This document shows positions 1-11,949 of a DNA stretch of 64,000 nucleotides, one piece after another; within the stretch, counting starts at the first letter, position 1; the number at the start of each line of letters is the position of its first letter. The notes beneath the pieces were generated by a model. That model searched no databases, had not been told where the DNA came from, and saw only the letters and a program-made list of their open reading frames with translations. Location of the stretch: positions 736,001 to 800,000 of the forward strand of contig BK006941.2 in assembly GCA_000146045.2 (NCBI GenBank). The letters run 5' to 3'. Origin of the DNA: TPA_inf: Saccharomyces. Taxonomy: Eukaryota. Position numbers and translations under genes: made by a program.

Positions 1-322
1 ATACGTCAGTATGACAATACGTCATCCTAAACGTTCATAAAACACATATGAAACAACCTTATAACAAAACGAACAACATGAGACAAAACCCGTCCTTCCC
101 TAGCTGAACTACCCAAAAGTATAAATGCCTGAACAATTAGTTTAGATCCGAGATTCCGCGCTTCCACCACTTAGTATGATTCATATTTTATATAATATAT
201 AAGATAAGTAACATTCCGTGAATTAATCTGATAAACTGTTTTGACAACTGGTTACTTCCCTAAGACTGTTTATATTAGGATTGTCAAGACACTCCGGTAT
301 TACTCGAGCCCGTAATTCAACA
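1..322 (+). mobile_element. Ty3 sigma solo LTR, 5'-truncated by the window edge; ends ...CCCGTAATTCAACA 17 bp upstream of tR(UCU)
   Basis: Near-identical over its length to the Ty3 sigma consensus as I recall it (GTCAGTATGACAATACGTCA...CACTCCGGTATTACTCGAGCCCGTAAT-CAACA). The 16-19 bp spacing to a tRNA gene is the classic Ty3 integration geometry. Confidence 0.85.
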
Positions 323-339
323 CAAGTGTAATTTCAATA

Positions 340-411
340 GCTCGCGTGGCGTAATGGCAACGCGTCTGACTTCTAATCAGAAGATTATGGGTTCGACCCC
401 CATCGTGAGTG
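340..411 (+). tRNA. tR(UCU): tRNA-Arg (anticodon UCU)
   Basis: 72 nt cloverleaf: acceptor GCTCGCG/CGTGAGT with G-U pairs, anticodon loop CTTCTAA, T-arm GGGTTCGACCCCC. Matches the yeast tRNA-Arg(UCU) sequence. No intron. Confidence 0.9.
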
Positions 412-661
412 TTGTTTTTTTAAATAATTTCCTGGCTGAAGGGAATAATGTTGTTCAACAACGAAGATATTTCTTATTTTTCTAAGAGGTATTATGATAT
501 GATACATGACAATAAACATTATGAAATTTTTTGTGAAAGATGTATAAATTTATAAAAAAAAAAAAAAAGTTACTTCCTCCACTTCGTTAGCTCATATTAG
601 TTTCTTTTATTCCCAGACTTTCTGCTTTTGATAATAATCTAGCAAAATAGAAAAGGCATGA

Positions 662-2203
662 CTATAAACCAAAACCACCATTAGAATAGGCCATTGGTTT
701 TATATCTGGGTGCTCAACAGCTTCGAATGTCTCAATTATTAGATTTTGGTCGTCATTCCTGCCAGCCTGTAAAATACCATGGCCTGGTACAACATGAATA
801 ACACCCCCAAGATTACCTTGGCTATCACAATAGTTTGGAGCACTGAAAACTGTCATTAATTTACCCTTCTGCTCGAATTGCACACCACCCATTCTTAACT
901 CGTGAGATCTAAAAATCTTGCGCAATTTGTTGTTTCTTAGAAATCTATCTGTAATGTCGGGTCCAAAAGCATGTCCTAAACCACGCTGAGAAGGACCCAT
1001 CCCGTTGGCTTCTTGTGGGTCCGCCCATAGAAGTTCCATAAAGGCGCCATCTCTAGGTGGTTGGGCAAATCTATCAATATTCTTGAAATCAGACAAAGTT
1101 GCTGAAGGATCACTTGGTAAACCACCATGCATTACAAGGTAATCATTATTAATTAAGGTAGCCAATGGAAGGCTCTCAAAACTTTGTGCAAACATGTTAA
1201 ATATCCTTTGTGAATATTTGTATTTACACTCATCTTCAAACCCATAGATTTTGTTCATATTATCACTCTCATGATTACCTCTGTTCAAAAAGAAATTATT
1301 TGGATGTAATATTTTCAAACAGTAGAATAATAGTGCAACTTCACACGACCAAGAACCACGGTCGACAAAATCACCATTGAATAGATAAGTGTGCTTAGGA
1401 CCTACTTTACCAAACTTGCGAAATAAATTCAAAACATCATAAAATTGGCCATGCGTATCACCACATACTGATATCTTAACATCAGGAGTAGAGTTATTTT
1501 CTAGTTCTACCATAGATGGCTCTTGACGAAATAAGGTATCAGCATGAGAGATAATAGCTGCAACGTACTTTTTTGGTAAATATTTTCCCTTTAGGAAAAG
1601 ATCGTTAACCATTTTGGAAATAAACTCTTGAGACATGTTCTTGATCTTTGCACCTTTAAAGGCATTCTTATCGTCATACAGCTGTTCAAATTCTAACTTT
1701 GGACCTTCATAATTGGCTAAATCTGCATTAGCATCAAATGAACTCAAGTTCAAAGTCTGACACAAACTGATCTTGGCTTCATTTTCTGCGCCTCCGATAG
1801 CTTTCCTAAATCTTTCTTCTCTAATGAACCTATCACATGTAAGTAACGCCTTAGTAGCAGCCGGATCATTGGGCTTCGCCTTTAGAAGCACATTCAAATC
1901 TTTCCTAGCCTTTTTAAATTCTAGCAGAGCCATGCAGGATAATGCACGTCTATGATAAGCTTTGATATTTTTGGGATCCAGTTTAATGGCTTCATCACAG
2001 TCATTTAAAGCGCTTTGAAAGTTATCTACCTTAAAGTGAGCAAATGCTCTGTTCGAAAAATAGATAGACTGTGTAGAATCTAAATCGATCGCCTCTGTAT
2101 ATTTTTCAATGGCCTTTAAAAAATGTTTTTCCTTCACAAAAACATTTCCTTCGTTCTTTCTTTCAAGTGCCTTCGCGCGATCTGCTGCTGTGGGTGTTGA
2201 CAT
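662..2203 (-). CDS. PPT1: Ser/Thr protein phosphatase T (N-terminal TPR repeats plus PPP catalytic domain), 513 aa
   Basis: ORF-track protein has TPR repeats at the N-terminus and GDTHGQ / GDFVDRG / GNHE PPP-family motifs. Length and position next to ASN2 match YGR123C. Confidence 0.93.
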   Translation of the reverse strand: MSTPTAADRAKALERKNEGNVFVKEKHFLKAIEKYTEAIDLDSTQSIYFSNRAFAHFKVDNFQSALNDCDEAIKLDPKNIKAYHRRALSCMALLEFKKARKDLNVLLKAKPNDPAATKALLTCDRFIREERFRKAIGGAENEAKISLCQTLNLSSFDANADLANYEGPKLEFEQLYDDKNAFKGAKIKNMSQEFISKMVNDLFLKGKYLPKKYVAAIISHADTLFRQEPSMVELENNSTPDVKISVCGDTHGQFYDVLNLFRKFGKVGPKHTYLFNGDFVDRGSWSCEVALLFYCLKILHPNNFFLNRGNHESDNMNKIYGFEDECKYKYSQRIFNMFAQSFESLPLATLINNDYLVMHGGLPSDPSATLSDFKNIDRFAQPPRDGAFMELLWADPQEANGMGPSQRGLGHAFGPDITDRFLRNNKLRKIFRSHELRMGGVQFEQKGKLMTVFSAPNYCDSQGNLGGVIHVVPGHGILQAGRNDDQNLIIETFEAVEHPDIKPMAYSNGGFGL

Positions 2204-2419
2204 ATTCGAGATATTTGATTATACCAAGGCAAGCGTTATTTCTTGCCTCTAAAATTGTTAAAGTTCTGTGTCAAGCTCTATAAGCTGTTTTCGCCAATTT
2301 TCTTACCTCATCTGTGAAATTTTTCAGTTTCCCGCCGTCGTTTTTTTCCCTGGTTTAGCGTTTTAACGGAAAAAGAAATACATACATACAATGATTGAAA
2401 AAATATTTTCATAAAGAAG

Positions 2420-3060
2420 AAAATGAGAAGGAACTTTTGAGGACTAGAAGTGTTCCTGATAATTGTCTCAGCCAGAATTTTCAGTGGCCAAGGTACGAAC
2501 AAGAAACTGCTAAAAGGAAAAAAAATACTCAGAATAACAGAAGATGACAGACAGTATTGTGGAACCCCAACAATTATCTCAAAATTTACCTATTTCTTAA
2601 GTATAAACAGTACACTGCATCAGTGGTATTAGATTTGTCATGGTGTAAAATTTTATGATAAAAAAATACAACATGGCGGGCGTAAAATAAAATACATATT
2701 CGTAATCCTGGAATATTACGCCAACTACAACCAATAACTTATGATTATATTACCAGAATATTATCATGTATGGCTCTCAAAATATGACATAAATGGTTTC
2801 TATTAAAAGCATCATCAATTCAATGAAGCTGAAATTTCAAGGATTGGTGATGTAATAGAACAATGAGCGGCGATATCATAGAACGAAAAAAGAAGTAATC
2901 GTCATTTTTTGTAGCACTCTTATTTCCTTTTTTAGAGTTCTAATCCTCAAGGTGAAACCGTAACATATGCATATACTTAACGATACCGCCTTCTTTGAAA
3001 ATTAGAAGCCTTATATCTATTTCGAACGCACATATGTTGTCATACACAATGCGACACATG
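2420..3060 (+). mobile_element. Degenerate Ty1/Ty2-type delta LTR remnants: the 3' end of one delta (ends ...GGAACCCCAACAATTATCTCAAAATTTACC-TATTTCT about 2598) followed by a diverged near-full-length delta (about 2690-3050)
   Basis: Blocks alignable by eye to the delta consensus (TATATTACCAGAATATTATCATGTATGG; GAAGCTGAAATTTCAAGGATTGGTGATGTAATAGAACAATGA; TTTTAGAGTTCTAATCCTCAAGGTGAAAC). Boundaries are approximate. Lies just upstream of tI(AAU), as expected for Ty1 targeting. Confidence 0.5.
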
Positions 3061-3121
3061 AAAATACTACTCTTTACACCTGTATTATCAAACTATTAAT
3101 CAGTGACTTCCGAAAAAAATA

Positions 3122-3195
3122 GGTCTCTTGGCCCAGTTGGTTAAGGCACCGTGCTAATAACGCGGGGATCAGCGGTTCGATCCCGCTAGAGACCA
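3122..3195 (+). tRNA. tI(AAU): tRNA-Ile (anticodon AAU)
   Basis: 74 nt: GGTCTCTTGGCCCAGTTGGTTAAGGCACCGTGCTAATAACGCGGGGATCAGCGGTTCGATCCCGCTAGAGACCA. Anticodon loop CTAATAA. Matches yeast tI(AAU). No intron. Confidence 0.9.
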
Positions 3196-3746
3196 TTTAC
3201 TTTTTAGAATGCAAATATAAGATCCCGATAAATCATAGAACCACCACTTACTTATTCACTTATGTGGTCCTTCCTGCTGTGGGCAGAGAGCGATTTGCAC
3301 GTACAAAGCGATCAAATTACGAACAAAACAATACATAAGAGGTTTGGACACGTTCTTAAGGCTAACTCCACATTGCGATAACAAGATTAAAGTGAGCTCC
3401 TGCTCATTCCTAATTGGAACTCATCATGCCTCCCATCAAGGTGGAGCCTGGATTTTACTAAAGAAACCGTTCGAACGGCTCTGTATTTACTAAGAGGGGG
3501 ATATATCAAATCGTGGAAAACATGAGAGAACAGTCTCGTTGCGTGCAACAGCCGCTATCCTGCTGCTCTCTGCATAACTGGACCTTGCGTATTGGGTTCA
3601 TTCTTTTGGCTTTGTGAAACGATTCACAAAGCCATACGTCCGTAGTATGGACCCTGCAGGAATGGTCTACATTTTCTATCTACTAGTAAAGCTTTATTCA
3701 CATATGGGTGCCGCACGGCGCGGGTTTTTGCAAATTTTCTTAGCAT

Positions 3747-3753
3747 TGACTCA
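3747..3753 (+). promoter_or_regulatory. Gcn4-type TGACTCA element about 190 bp upstream of the ASN2 ATG
   Basis: Perfect TGACTCA seen in sequence. Asparagine synthetase genes are under general amino-acid control (established knowledge). Assigning function to this site is inference. Confidence 0.35.
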
Positions 3754-3943
3754 TGGCAAGATTTCTCCAGAAAATCAGTAAAGCCTCATCCAGCCTCTCT
3801 TCTTGAAAAAATTATGACTTTGAATCGCATATTTCAAAGATTTGCCACTTGCTTAGTTTCATTTATTCTAATTTAACTTTTATACTATTTTTTTTGCTTC
3901 CCAGTTAAGCTCACCAAAACACAAATACTCACTACAATACAAT

Positions 3944-5662
3944 ATGTGTGGTATCTTTGCAGCCTTCAAGCATGAAGATATTCACAACTTCAAACCAAAA
4001 GCTCTACAACTATCTAAAAAAATCAGACACCGTGGCCCAGATTGGTCAGGAAATGCCGTTATGAATTCCACCATTTTCGTTCACGAGAGGTTGGCTATTG
4101 TTGGTTTAGACTCCGGTGCCCAGCCAATCACTTCAGCTGATGGCGAATATATGCTTGGCGTTAATGGTGAGATCTACAACCACATCCAACTAAGGGAGAT
4201 GTGCTCTGATTACAAGTTTCAAACTTTCAGTGACTGTGAACCCATCATACCGTTATATTTGGAACATGATATCGATGCTCCAAAATATCTGGACGGTATG
4301 TTCGCATTTTGTCTGTATGATTCCAAGAAAGACCGTATTGTCGCTGCAAGAGACCCTATCGGTGTTGTCACTTTATACATGGGGCGTTCTTCTCAGTCTC
4401 CAGAGACCGTTTATTTTGCCTCCGAATTAAAATGTCTAACTGACGTTTGTGACAGTATCATTTCGTTCCCTCCTGGTCATGTCTACGATTCTGAAACGGA
4501 CAAGATTACTCGTTACTTTACCCCAGACTGGTTGGATGAAAAGCGTATCCCATCCACCCCAGTTGACTACCATGCTATCAGACACAGTTTAGAAAAGGCC
4601 GTTAGAAAGAGGCTAATGGCTGAAGTTCCATACGGTGTTCTTCTATCCGGTGGGCTGGACTCTTCTTTGATTGCTGCGATTGCTGCTCGTGAAACGGAAA
4701 AAGCTAATGCTGATGCTAACGAAGACAACAATGTTGACGAGAAGCAACTTGCAGGTATCGATGACCAAGGCCATCTACACACATCCGGTTGGTCTCGTTT
4801 GCATTCGTTTGCGATTGGTCTACCAAATGCACCTGATTTACAAGCGGCTAGAAAAGTCGCCAAATTCATTGGTTCTATCCACCATGAACACACTTTTACA
4901 TTACAAGAAGGTTTGGATGCTTTGGACGACGTGATCTACCATTTGGAAACTTACGACGTTACCACTATCAGAGCTTCTACACCAATGTTCTTACTATCTA
5001 GAAAGATTAAGGCCCAAGGTGTCAAAATGGTTCTTTCTGGTGAAGGCTCGGACGAAATATTCGGTGGCTATCTATATTTCGCACAAGCACCTTCTGCTGC
5101 AGAATTTCACACCGAATCTGTGCAACGTGTCAAGAACTTGCATTTGGCAGATTGTTTGAGAGCTAATAAGTCCACGATGGCTTGGGGTCTAGAAGCTCGT
5201 GTTCCCTTCTTAGACAAAGACTTTTTGCAGCTATGTATGAACATTGATCCAAATGAAAAGATGATCAAGCCAAAGGAAGGACGTATCGAAAAATACATTT
5301 TAAGAAAGGCATTCGACACTACAGATGAACCAGATGTTAAGCCATACCTACCTGAAGAAATCTTATGGAGACAAAAGGAACAATTTTCCGATGGTGTTGG
5401 CTACTCATGGATTGACGGCCTAAGAGACACTGCTGAAAGGGCCATTTCTGACGCCATGTTTGCCAATCCAAAGGCTGATTGGGGCGACGATATTCCAACC
5501 ACCAAAGAAGCTTACTGGTACAGGCTGAAGTTTGATGCTTGGTTTCCTCAAAAGACTGCGGCAGACACTGTCATGAGATGGATTCCAAAGGCCGATTGGG
5601 GTTGTGCCGAAGATCCTTCAGGTAGATACGCCAAAATACACGAAAAGCACGTCAGTGCTTAA
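3944..5662 (+). CDS. ASN2: Asparagine synthetase (glutamine-hydrolysing), 572 aa
   Basis: N-terminal MCGI (Ntn amidotransferase Cys2) and SGGLDSS PP-loop. The 572 aa length fits both ASN1 and ASN2. Synteny with PPT1 and YGR125W assigns it to YGR124W. Confidence 0.93.
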
Positions 5663-5892
5663 TACGAGCGCAATCGTATTCTTATAATTGACGAGTGAAC
5701 CAAGAAATGCGGTGATACAAACGGATATTAATCTATATAGATATATGTATATAATAAAAGTTTTCAATCTGCTGACCCCTTAGGTTACTTATCTATAGGA
5801 TTCGAATTACGATATGAAACCCTTTCGGTAGATATCACATGGAATACTGCAGCCGATTGATTAGTTAATTTCTTATCTCGCTTTTTTTCTCT

Positions 5893-5926
5893 TTATCTAT
5901 CTATCTATCTATTTATCTATCTATCC
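5893..5926. repeat. (TATC)n tetranucleotide microsatellite in the ASN2 3' flank
   Basis: CTTTATCTATCTATCTATCTATTTATCTATCTATCC read directly from the sequence. Confidence 0.8.
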
Positions 5927-6157
5927 TTATGCTGCAAAATGAAAAATTCCCTAGGAAGTTCGCGCTATCAAGGTTCTTTTTCCCACGTATCGGTCCCTGA
6001 GTGGATCCCAAAAAATGTGTGGGACTATGACTATATATATAACAGTCACAGTTGAATCATATTAATGTTCTATTTCTTGAGGTGATTTCAAATTGTGGCT
6101 CCAACAAGTAATCTCGGCAAGCTATCCCTTTTTAAATAATATTTTGCATTCTTTTTC

Positions 6158-6177
6158 TTTTTTTTTTTTTTTTTTTT
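6158..6177. promoter_or_regulatory. Poly(dT) tract of 20 T about 150 bp upstream of YGR125W
   Basis: Homopolymer run seen in sequence. Poly(dA:dT) tracts are nucleosome-excluding promoter elements in yeast (established knowledge). Confidence 0.6.
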
Positions 6178-6324
6178 CCATCTCACAGCCCTTCTTTATT
6201 TTTTCAATAAGGTAACAGAGTTGATAAGGAACCAGATAACAATCAAAAAGAATCGTTTCATTTCAGAGCTACCACCGGTCTATAAGCAAGACAGTTTAAA
6301 ATCTCAAAAATTTAATTTAGAAAT

Positions 6325-9300
6325 ATGGGAAGGACTATTAGGAGACGCCGGAGTAATTCGTCGCTTTCGGAGGCCATATCAGTTTCTTTAGGAATAAATC
6401 AAGACTCATCTGTGAACAAGATGCATAGAGCGAGTGTTAGCGCAATGTCTCCTCCATTATGCCGTTCATACATGAGCGGATTTTTTACTGGTGGAAACTC
6501 ACCTATGATCAATAATTTGTCGGATTCAAAACTTCCCATCTCGAACAAACAACATCCTAAAGTGATACATGGATCAGAAAATTTGCATAGGCAGACAGCT
6601 CAACTATCCAATGAATTTTGCTCCTCTTCTGTGGAAGAAAATTCTCCCACAATTAAGGATTACATGGACATTATAGGCAATGGTGATAGAAAAGATGATC
6701 AATCTATGCGTACTATAGAAGAGAATATTGATGAAGAATATTCAGATGAGTACTCCAGATTGCTACTTAGCCCAGCATCGTCTAACGTGGACGATGACCG
6801 AAATCGAGGACTACAGAATAGTTCACTACCGGAATTAGAAGATGGTTACGCGGGCGGATATCAGTCACTTCGTCCCTCCCATAATTTAAGGTTTAGGCCA
6901 AGAAACTTGTGGCATATGTGTACGTCATTTCCTTCCAAATTTGCACATTATCTGCCCGCAGCAGTGTTAGGTTTGCTTTTGAACATTTTAGATGCCTTAT
7001 CTTATGGTATGATCATTTTTCCAATCACAGAGCCAGTTTTTTCTCATTTAGGGCCCACTGGTATATCCATGTTTTATATTTCCACCATAATATCACAAGC
7101 CGTGTACTCCGGAGGCTGGTCGAGTTTTCCTTCCGGGATTGGGAGTGAAATGATTGAAATTACTCCGTTTTATCATACAATGGCATTAGCTATAAAAGAG
7201 GCATTAGCAGGTAATGATGACGAAATCATAACGACAACGATATTTTGTTATGTGATAAGTTCGATGCTCACAGGTGTCGTTTTCTATGCATTGGGTAAAC
7301 TACGACTAGGAAAGATAGTGGGATTTTTTCCACGACACATATTGATTGGCTGTATTGGAGGTGTTGGTTATTTCTTGATAATTACAGGAATTGAAGTCAC
7401 AACGAGGGTGGCGAAATTTGAATATTCATGGCCTTTTTTTTCAGGGCTGTTTACGGATTATGACACATTAGCGAAATGGTTATTACCTGTACTATTGACT
7501 GTAGTTTTAATCGGCACTCAACGCTACTTTAAGAACTCACTCGTTTTGCCAAGTTTTTACATCTTGACGTTAGTTTTGTTTCATTTTATTGTTGCGATCA
7601 TTCCAACATTATCCTTGGATGCTTTGAGACAAGCTGGATGGATTTTTCCTATTGCCAACTCAGATAGTAAATGGTATGACCATTATAGATTATTTAATGT
7701 CCATAAAGTTCATTGGTCACTAGTTTTGCAACAAATACCAACGATGATGGCATTGACATTTTTTGGTATCCTACATGTTCCTATAAATGTTCCTGCGTTG
7801 GCTATGTCACTACAAATGGATAAGTATGATGTTGACAGAGAATTGATTGCACATGGTTATTCCAACTTTTTTAGTGGATTATTAGGTTCTGTCCAAAATT
7901 ACTTGGTATATACCAACAGTGTTCTGTTTATTAGGGCGGGCGCTGATTCGCCATTCGCTGGGTTCCTTTTAATAGCTTTGACTATCTGTATTATGATCAT
8001 TGGACCAGTCATAATATCATTCATTCCAATCTGTATAGTGGGCTCTCTAATTTTCCTACTAGGCTACGAGTTATTAGTGGAAGCGTTGGTCGATACATGG
8101 AATAAATTGAATAGATTCGAATATTTGACTGTTGTCATTATTGTTTTCACGATGGGTATCTTTGATTTTGTCCTAGGTATCATCGTTGGCATTTTAATTG
8201 CATGTTTTTCGTTTTTGGTGGATAGTACGAAATTACAAACCATTAACGGTGAATATAATGGGAACGTCGCAAGAAGTACAGTATATCGTGATTACGTTCA
8301 AACAAAATTTTTGGATGGAATTGGTGAACAAATATATGTTTTAAAGCTCCAAAACCTTCTGTTTTTCGGAACAATCATATCTATTGAAGAGAAAATTGAA
8401 AGATTGCTGCAAATAAGTAACAAAGATGCAACAAAACGCAGAATAAAGTATTTAATATTGGACTTTAAAAATATTAATGCCGACAATATTGACTATTCTG
8501 CGGCAGAAGGTTTCAATAGAATTAAAAGATTCACGGAAACCAAAAGAATCAAACTAATCATATCTTCAATCAAAGAAAGGGACCGTATTTACAACGCCTT
8601 CAATAATGTGGGATTACTAAACGATGTGGAATTATTTGCTGATTTAAACAGTGCGTTGGAATGGTGTGAAAACGAATTCCTTTTTCAATATAAACAATTA
8701 AGAAAAAAGGCGAAAGAAAGATTGGAAGAAGGAAAGCAAAATAATGTCGTATCCGCAGTAATTGCAGCCACTAAAAACAAAAAAATTGATACAATAGGAA
8801 ATGGTTTAAACAGGGGAAGCAATGGAGACACAGCGAGAAACTTAATGTCACTACCAACCAATACTCCTCGTAATTACCAAATACTTTCTGTAGCACAGAA
8901 TGTATTTGTAAACGACGAACAAGCAGTGAAGAATTTCAAAAAGGAGTACAAAGATGATGAACCTGTCCTGCCTATATTGTTATTTGCATTAAAGCAGTAC
9001 CGACCCGATATAATATCTGAAGTTCAAAAAGTAAGAGAAAAGGAAATCAAGTTTTGGGCACAACTCTGCCCCTACTTCACCAGGCGCAGATTAGCAAGTC
9101 AATCACATTTACTACATGCAGACAACATTTTTTTCCTTGTGGAAACAGGTATGTTGAAGGCAACATATGAACTACCACAAGGAACCTTGTACGAGATTTT
9201 TTCAAATGGCACATGCTTCGGAAAAATCATTGCGCCAGGGAATGCTATGCCTAGAGAACAAAAGCTCACCATCGAAACTGAAACTGATTCCGTATTATGG

Positions 9301-9435
9301 GTTATAGACTCTAGCTCGTTGAACAAATTGAAAGAAGACAATCTAGCATTGTACGTGGAGGTTGCATTAATGGTCATGTGTATCAAGGACACCAGATTCA
9401 AAGAATTACTAGGTTACACACTTGTTAGCGCATGA
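6325..9435 (+). CDS. YGR125W: SulP/SLC26-family anion transporter-like membrane protein with C-terminal STAS-like region, 1036 aa
   Basis: Long multi-TM ORF. Length and position match YGR125W (uncharacterised vacuolar membrane protein). The SulP-like assignment is from memory of the family, not a search. Confidence 0.8.
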   Translation: MGRTIRRRRSNSSLSEAISVSLGINQDSSVNKMHRASVSAMSPPLCRSYMSGFFTGGNSPMINNLSDSKLPISNKQHPKVIHGSENLHRQTAQLSNEFCSSSVEENSPTIKDYMDIIGNGDRKDDQSMRTIEENIDEEYSDEYSRLLLSPASSNVDDDRNRGLQNSSLPELEDGYAGGYQSLRPSHNLRFRPRNLWHMCTSFPSKFAHYLPAAVLGLLLNILDALSYGMIIFPITEPVFSHLGPTGISMFYISTIISQAVYSGGWSSFPSGIGSEMIEITPFYHTMALAIKEALAGNDDEIITTTIFCYVISSMLTGVVFYALGKLRLGKIVGFFPRHILIGCIGGVGYFLIITGIEVTTRVAKFEYSWPFFSGLFTDYDTLAKWLLPVLLTVVLIGTQRYFKNSLVLPSFYILTLVLFHFIVAIIPTLSLDALRQAGWIFPIANSDSKWYDHYRLFNVHKVHWSLVLQQIPTMMALTFFGILHVPINVPALAMSLQMDKYDVDRELIAHGYSNFFSGLLGSVQNYLVYTNSVLFIRAGADSPFAGFLLIALTICIMIIGPVIISFIPICIVGSLIFLLGYELLVEALVDTWNKLNRFEYLTVVIIVFTMGIFDFVLGIIVGILIACFSFLVDSTKLQTINGEYNGNVARSTVYRDYVQTKFLDGIGEQIYVLKLQNLLFFGTIISIEEKIERLLQISNKDATKRRIKYLILDFKNINADNIDYSAAEGFNRIKRFTETKRIKLIISSIKERDRIYNAFNNVGLLNDVELFADLNSALEWCENEFLFQYKQLRKKAKERLEEGKQNNVVSAVIAATKNKKIDTIGNGLNRGSNGDTARNLMSLPTNTPRNYQILSVAQNVFVNDEQAVKNFKKEYKDDEPVLPILLFALKQYRPDIISEVQKVREKEIKFWAQLCPYFTRRRLASQSHLLHADNIFFLVETGMLKATYELPQGTLYEIFSNGTCFGKIIAPGNAMPREQKLTIETETDSVLWVIDSSSLNKLKEDNLALYVEVALMVMCIKDTRFKELLGYTLVSA

Positions 9436-9834
9436 GAGCGTACACGTATATTTATTTAATTTCTTTTATTGCCGGCGTATTGCAAGTAATTTACACCAGT
9501 ACTAAATAAAAGCAGGATGCTCCTGCATCTGTATAAGTGATGCCGTTGTAGGATTTTTACCATCTCGACTATAAACTTTTTGTACTTGAGTCTTCACTTC
9601 CGGAATTTTACTGCGCGATTTTCTTTGATAGGGCCCCTATCGTAGACGAAAAGTGATAATTCCCATCGATGAGCAACTACATACCTCACTTGACTTAATT
9701 GCTCTCCTAAAGAAAAAAAATACCGTTACTTTTTTCATTAATATACTACCACAACAATTCACAACGGGTAGTTGTACGGTTAGTTTATATCCGCATTAAC
9801 AAATCAAAGTCATAACAACGTATCAACGTAGACT

Positions 9835-10527
9835 ATGCCTGTCCCATCTGTTACTGTCACTACCGATAATGAATATGAAGACATATCGTCCTTTTCTTCT
9901 ATTGACTCTTACAAACCGGAGCCCTTTACTGGGTTCAAAGATTCTGAAGCTCCAGAACAGCCTCTTTTAAAAAACGATACCATTGTTGGAAAGGGGCAAC
10001 TGGAAGATGATAGTAATGTAGATGATCAACACCGTCATTCAGATGTGCATTCTCATCACAGTTCTAGTACTTTAAAAAGGCCAACTTCAAATTCGATAGA
10101 AAAGATGGTTACCCACAATGCTTTAGAGGGCAACTCAGAAACAGTTGATTCCTTAAAAGAAGATGGTTTAAATTTGAACAAGAAAGCTCTTCCGGATATT
10201 ACCGCCCCAGTAACAAACTCAGCTCACGATGCTGCATTTCCAGAAGAGTATCGTTTAGAAACTGAAACCGGGTTGGTCAAATTGAAGACGCTTGAAAGTT
10301 TGAAGAGGGAGGACTCTCGCGTATCCTCAACTAAAAAAGAGCATATTAACGACCATACAGATATGCATTCGACACGATCCAAGGTTACTACAAATTCTCA
10401 AGGTTCTTCTCTAGAACCAAACAAGTTGAACATGGCAGTAGAGAAGAATAAGAAGAGGATCGAAAAATATCAAAAACATAAATCAGAAAAGGGGATCAAG
10501 GGGTTTTTTCATAGAATTTTCGATTAA
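9835..10527 (+). CDS. YGR126W: Uncharacterised hydrophilic protein, 230 aa
   Basis: The ORF is 230 aa. Position and length match YGR126W. Confidence 0.75.
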   Translation: MPVPSVTVTTDNEYEDISSFSSIDSYKPEPFTGFKDSEAPEQPLLKNDTIVGKGQLEDDSNVDDQHRHSDVHSHHSSSTLKRPTSNSIEKMVTHNALEGNSETVDSLKEDGLNLNKKALPDITAPVTNSAHDAAFPEEYRLETETGLVKLKTLESLKREDSRVSSTKKEHINDHTDMHSTRSKVTTNSQGSSLEPNKLNMAVEKNKKRIEKYQKHKSEKGIKGFFHRIFD

Positions 10528-10575
10528 GTGGCATAGCAACATTTAGTTCGCAATGCGTTTACTTCAGAATCATTC

Positions 10576-10600
10576 TTTTTTTTTTTTTTTTTTTTTTTTT
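10576..10600. promoter_or_regulatory. Poly(dT) tract of 25 T about 200 bp upstream of YGR127W
   Basis: Homopolymer run seen in sequence. Confidence 0.6.
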
Positions 10601-10797
10601 GCCTCACATTATATTCTTGGCATCTGCCTAGCTTTCGACTTTTTCGTTCAATTCCTAAAGCGCTAAAAAAATAGTCTCCCCCTGAAAGTGGAGTAGGATA
10701 GTAGTATATGAAGTGAGGCAGAAAAGGAAAGAAACGCTTGCATTTATTAACACACCTGTGGCTAAAGTATTAAAAACCAAAAACTAACGAACAAATA

Positions 10798-11736
10798 ATG
10801 TGCATTTTAATGGCCACAAGGGCACATCCTGACTATGAACTCATCTTAATATCTAACAGAGACGAATTCTTGGCAAGAAAAACACATGCTACATGCTGGC
10901 ATAACAATGATTTTATCCTTTCACCCTACGATCTGGCCAAAACCTCAGCAGAAAAACAAATATTTGGCACTTGGTCTGGCATAAATAAAGAAGGAAAATT
11001 AGCCACTATTCTTAATTTAAAACTTGACAATGAGCAAAATAATACGAAATCAAGATCCCGTGGTCTGTTACCATTTATATTTTTGTCGATCCATAAAGCA
11101 GATTTTGAAGATTGGGATAATTACAAAAAGTTTGAAGGTCACTATGATGGGTTGAAGTCCACAGGTGATTTTAATTTTTTTTACGGCGACGTTATCAAAA
11201 AGCAATATAAAGTTATTGATTCTCTAGGAAGAACTTTTGATGTGTTGAGTTCTACCTGTAGGAAAGATCTTGATTCTTACATGGTTGTTTCTAATGGTAA
11301 ATTTTATGACAGCTCCAGTATACCAGGGCAGGCTTGGGAAAAAGTAAAGGTAGCACGTGATAGTTTAGAAAATCTAGTTTTAGAGAATATTGAATCAGAT
11401 GAGGAGAAAATAATATCAAGTTGCTTTCAACTCGCCTCGAAGTCTTCCCTTCCAAGCACTATTTCAAACCCAGATGTCTTGCAGATGGTAGATCCAAATG
11501 TAACCATGAATACCATATACGTACCACCTTTACGGAGGCCTCCCAGGGATGACTTAGGTGCCTCAATTCCTGATGGTGATTACTACGGAACTCGCTCTCA
11601 AATAGTTTTACTCGTGAGTAAGGATTCAACGAGAGTTACCTTTATAGAAAGGGTCCTTTATAGCTCAGATGAAGACGTGCGCAAGTATTCGGTAACCTCA
11701 CCTAAGGAGGAAAAAAGGTTTAAATTCAAATTGTAA
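10798..11736 (+). CDS. YGR127W: TANGO2-family protein (yeast TANGO2 homolog), 312 aa
   Basis: N-terminal MCIL...ISNRDE motif typical of TANGO2/NRDE proteins. Length and position match YGR127W. Confidence 0.8.
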   Translation: MCILMATRAHPDYELILISNRDEFLARKTHATCWHNNDFILSPYDLAKTSAEKQIFGTWSGINKEGKLATILNLKLDNEQNNTKSRSRGLLPFIFLSIHKADFEDWDNYKKFEGHYDGLKSTGDFNFFYGDVIKKQYKVIDSLGRTFDVLSSTCRKDLDSYMVVSNGKFYDSSSIPGQAWEKVKVARDSLENLVLENIESDEEKIISSCFQLASKSSLPSTISNPDVLQMVDPNVTMNTIYVPPLRRPPRDDLGASIPDGDYYGTRSQIVLLVSKDSTRVTFIERVLYSSDEDVRKYSVTSPKEEKRFKFKL

Positions 11737-11949
11737 AAATCACAATCTTCCATTTTATTTCAAACTAGCTTTAAATTCCATCTTCTTCCCCTCAGAACAT
11801 TCCGGTATCTCTTGTTGGACACATCTAATGTATATGATGTTTTCAAATTCTAAATGCCTGTTAGTTTATCAGTAACCACAGTAGACGCTATATATATTAG
11901 TTCCTTTTCTATATAGGTATTATACAATACAATCAAATTCATTGCATAC